Source: Cyanophora paradoxa CCMP329
Lineage: Eukaryota; Plantae; Glaucophyta
Direction of reading: 5' to 3'
Assembly (NCBI GenBank): GCA_004431415.1
Contig: QPMI01000168.1
Coordinates: 62,001 to 126,000, forward strand
Length of the DNA: 64,000 bases
Shown: positions 62,547-64,000 of the stretch, in pieces
Layout: every line of letters begins with the position of its first letter
Numbering within the stretch: position 1 is the first letter of the stretch
Made by a program: the position numbers and the translations under genes
Notes under the pieces: generated by a model
The model's database searches: none
What the model was told of the DNA's origin: nothing
Seen by the model: only the letters and a program-made list of their open reading frames with translations

Positions 62547-63897
62547 TCATCGTTTAAATGGCAGACCGTCTATCTCTTTCAGGGAGGGGGCCTTCTCTAG
62601 CAGCTTCTGCTTGTAAGCAGGAAGTTTGCTTAAGGGGTTCCCCTCGAGGTACACGCAATTCAGCCTGCACATGCCCTCCAGCTCAGAAAGCTCCTCGAGC
62701 GACTCTAACTGATTGTCATTCATCTGTGCAGTGTTAAGGACTACGCAAAGCAGTAGAAGAAGCACACACCCAGAACTCCTCCATGGCAGTGAGATGGCGA
62801 ACGTTCTCAAGGACCTTGATTTGATTGGCGGAGACATCGAGCACACGCAATGAAATCTGCATGCAAAGATGTCAATCAAGATTTGACAACCATGGCAGAA
62901 AGATAACTACAAACCAGTGTGTCGAAACCCTCCAGCTTTGAGATTCCTGTGGCAGCAATCACATGATATATTCAAAACCCGGCGAGCAAACCGCATACCA
63001 TTATGACTTAGATAGAGTTCTGTCAGATTCACAAGCGCTTCAAGGCCTGCAAGCTTCGTGATCCTGTTACTTTGAAGACTCAAGCGCTGGAGATTAGGCA
63101 AGCCTGACAACCTCTGCAACCGAATTGGCATCGCTATGAATAGGTGAGATAAGCAAAGTGAACCTCGATGCATGAGATCTTGTTGCGCCCAAGCCAAAGA
63201 TTTTCCAGCTCGCACAGCTTGTCAAGACCATTGATCTCCTGTGATCATGTGTGAGGCACGTGCTGCTTGAAATGCCGACATGCACAGACGCACGCGTATC
63301 CTGTTGCTTCCAAGCTCTAGAGTCTTCAACTTTGTTAGGCAGGCGAGCGTTGCGGAGTCTATGGAGGAGATTTTGTTGCTGAAAGACGTTGTTGGCGAGG
63401 GCATGAATTCGCAGGGGGGGTTTGCGCGCCTGCATAAGTACAGCGTTTGGAGTTCCGTCATGTGCTTAATCGAACCCATGGAACGCATCTCGTTGTACGA
63501 CAGATCGAGATGCCTGCGGGCAGCTGAGACAGGCAACCAGCCAGGCGTTTCAACAAGACGAACGTTAAAGACGCGAGCGACTCCAGACCGGTCTCCGCGG
63601 ATGTTAAGCGGTTCCCATACAGGTCTAGATGCTTCAGCGACGAGAGTGCGGAGAGGCCTTCAATTTTCTCAATTAGGTTCTGTCGTAGTTTGAGCGCCTA
63701 CGCAGCGCGTCAGTCTCCGGAGCGCGGGACGGCGCGATGCGTACCTCAATCCTCGTGAGATGGTCTAGCCCCTCGATCGTTTTCAGGCGGTTGCAGGTCA
63801 GGTCTAGCTCCCGCAACGTCGACGGCAGCTCGAGTTCAGATATGCTCTTGTGGTCGTGCCCCGCGGCATCGTAGATCTCAGCGTCGCCGACTTCCAT
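62547..63897 (-). CDS. SDS22: Protein phosphatase 1 regulatory subunit SDS22/PPP1R7 (LRR)
   Basis: LRELDLTCNRLKTIEGL, HLDLSYNEM, LKTLELGSNRIR, LWLGRNKI, LQRLSLQSNRITKLAGLEALVNLTELYLSHNG, LRR cap CVYLEGNPL...YKQKL...PSLKEIDG. Confidence 0.88.
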
Positions 63898-64000
63898 GGC
63901 GCCCAGAGCGCTTCGACGGCGCTAGCGTCCACGTCAAGCTGTGCCCGGCGCGACCCGTTTGCCACGGCTGCGCTGCACCTCGTTGTCGTGTGCGCGGCCC

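Noticed and set aside
1-64000. tRNA, rRNA and snoRNA genes
   Set aside because: GGTTCGA hits (e.g. ~8622, ~23408, ~27541, ~33219) lack cloverleaf context; a covariance-model search would be needed to exclude small RNAs

Overview
Gene-dense eukaryotic nuclear DNA, GC-rich, with many short (mostly ~45-80 nt) spliceosomal introns, so the ORF track only shows gene fragments. Plastid-targeted genes have transit peptides with an early Phe (MAFTLAPV..., MDAFIVPTP...), which together with the intron style suggests a glaucophyte such as Cyanophora paradoxa (inference). Manually spliced genes in order: LRR protein (+), C2/coiled-coil protein (-), soluble-adenylyl-cyclase-like double cyclase + STAND NTPase (+), RINT1/TIP20 (-), a 65-aa Mim1-like membrane protein (+), short RRP7 (-), F-box/LRR (+), DPH2 (-), LisH-CTLH-WD40 (+), a hypothetical gene (-), plastid type-A FtsH (-), L-aspartate oxidase NadB (+), a decayed SNF2-like locus (-), ADA1/TADA1 (-), SYP7 SNARE (+), SBPase (-), RPB3 (+), RAV1/DMXL (-), EFL1 (+) and SDS22 (-). 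Main unusual points: (1) a probably acylated, catalytically degenerate cyclase fused to an intact STAND ATPase; (2) a Mim1-like protein outside fungi; (3) FtsH missing its Walker A to Walker B core; (4) an inverted duplication marking a ~12.5 kb inversion; (5) a recurring palindrome-creating mutation pattern seen in paralogous pairs; (6) micro-exons, non-consensus GC-AG introns and near-universal head-to-head gene pairs. No tRNA, rRNA or CRISPR could be supported. All gene models and homology calls were made by eye, without alignments.
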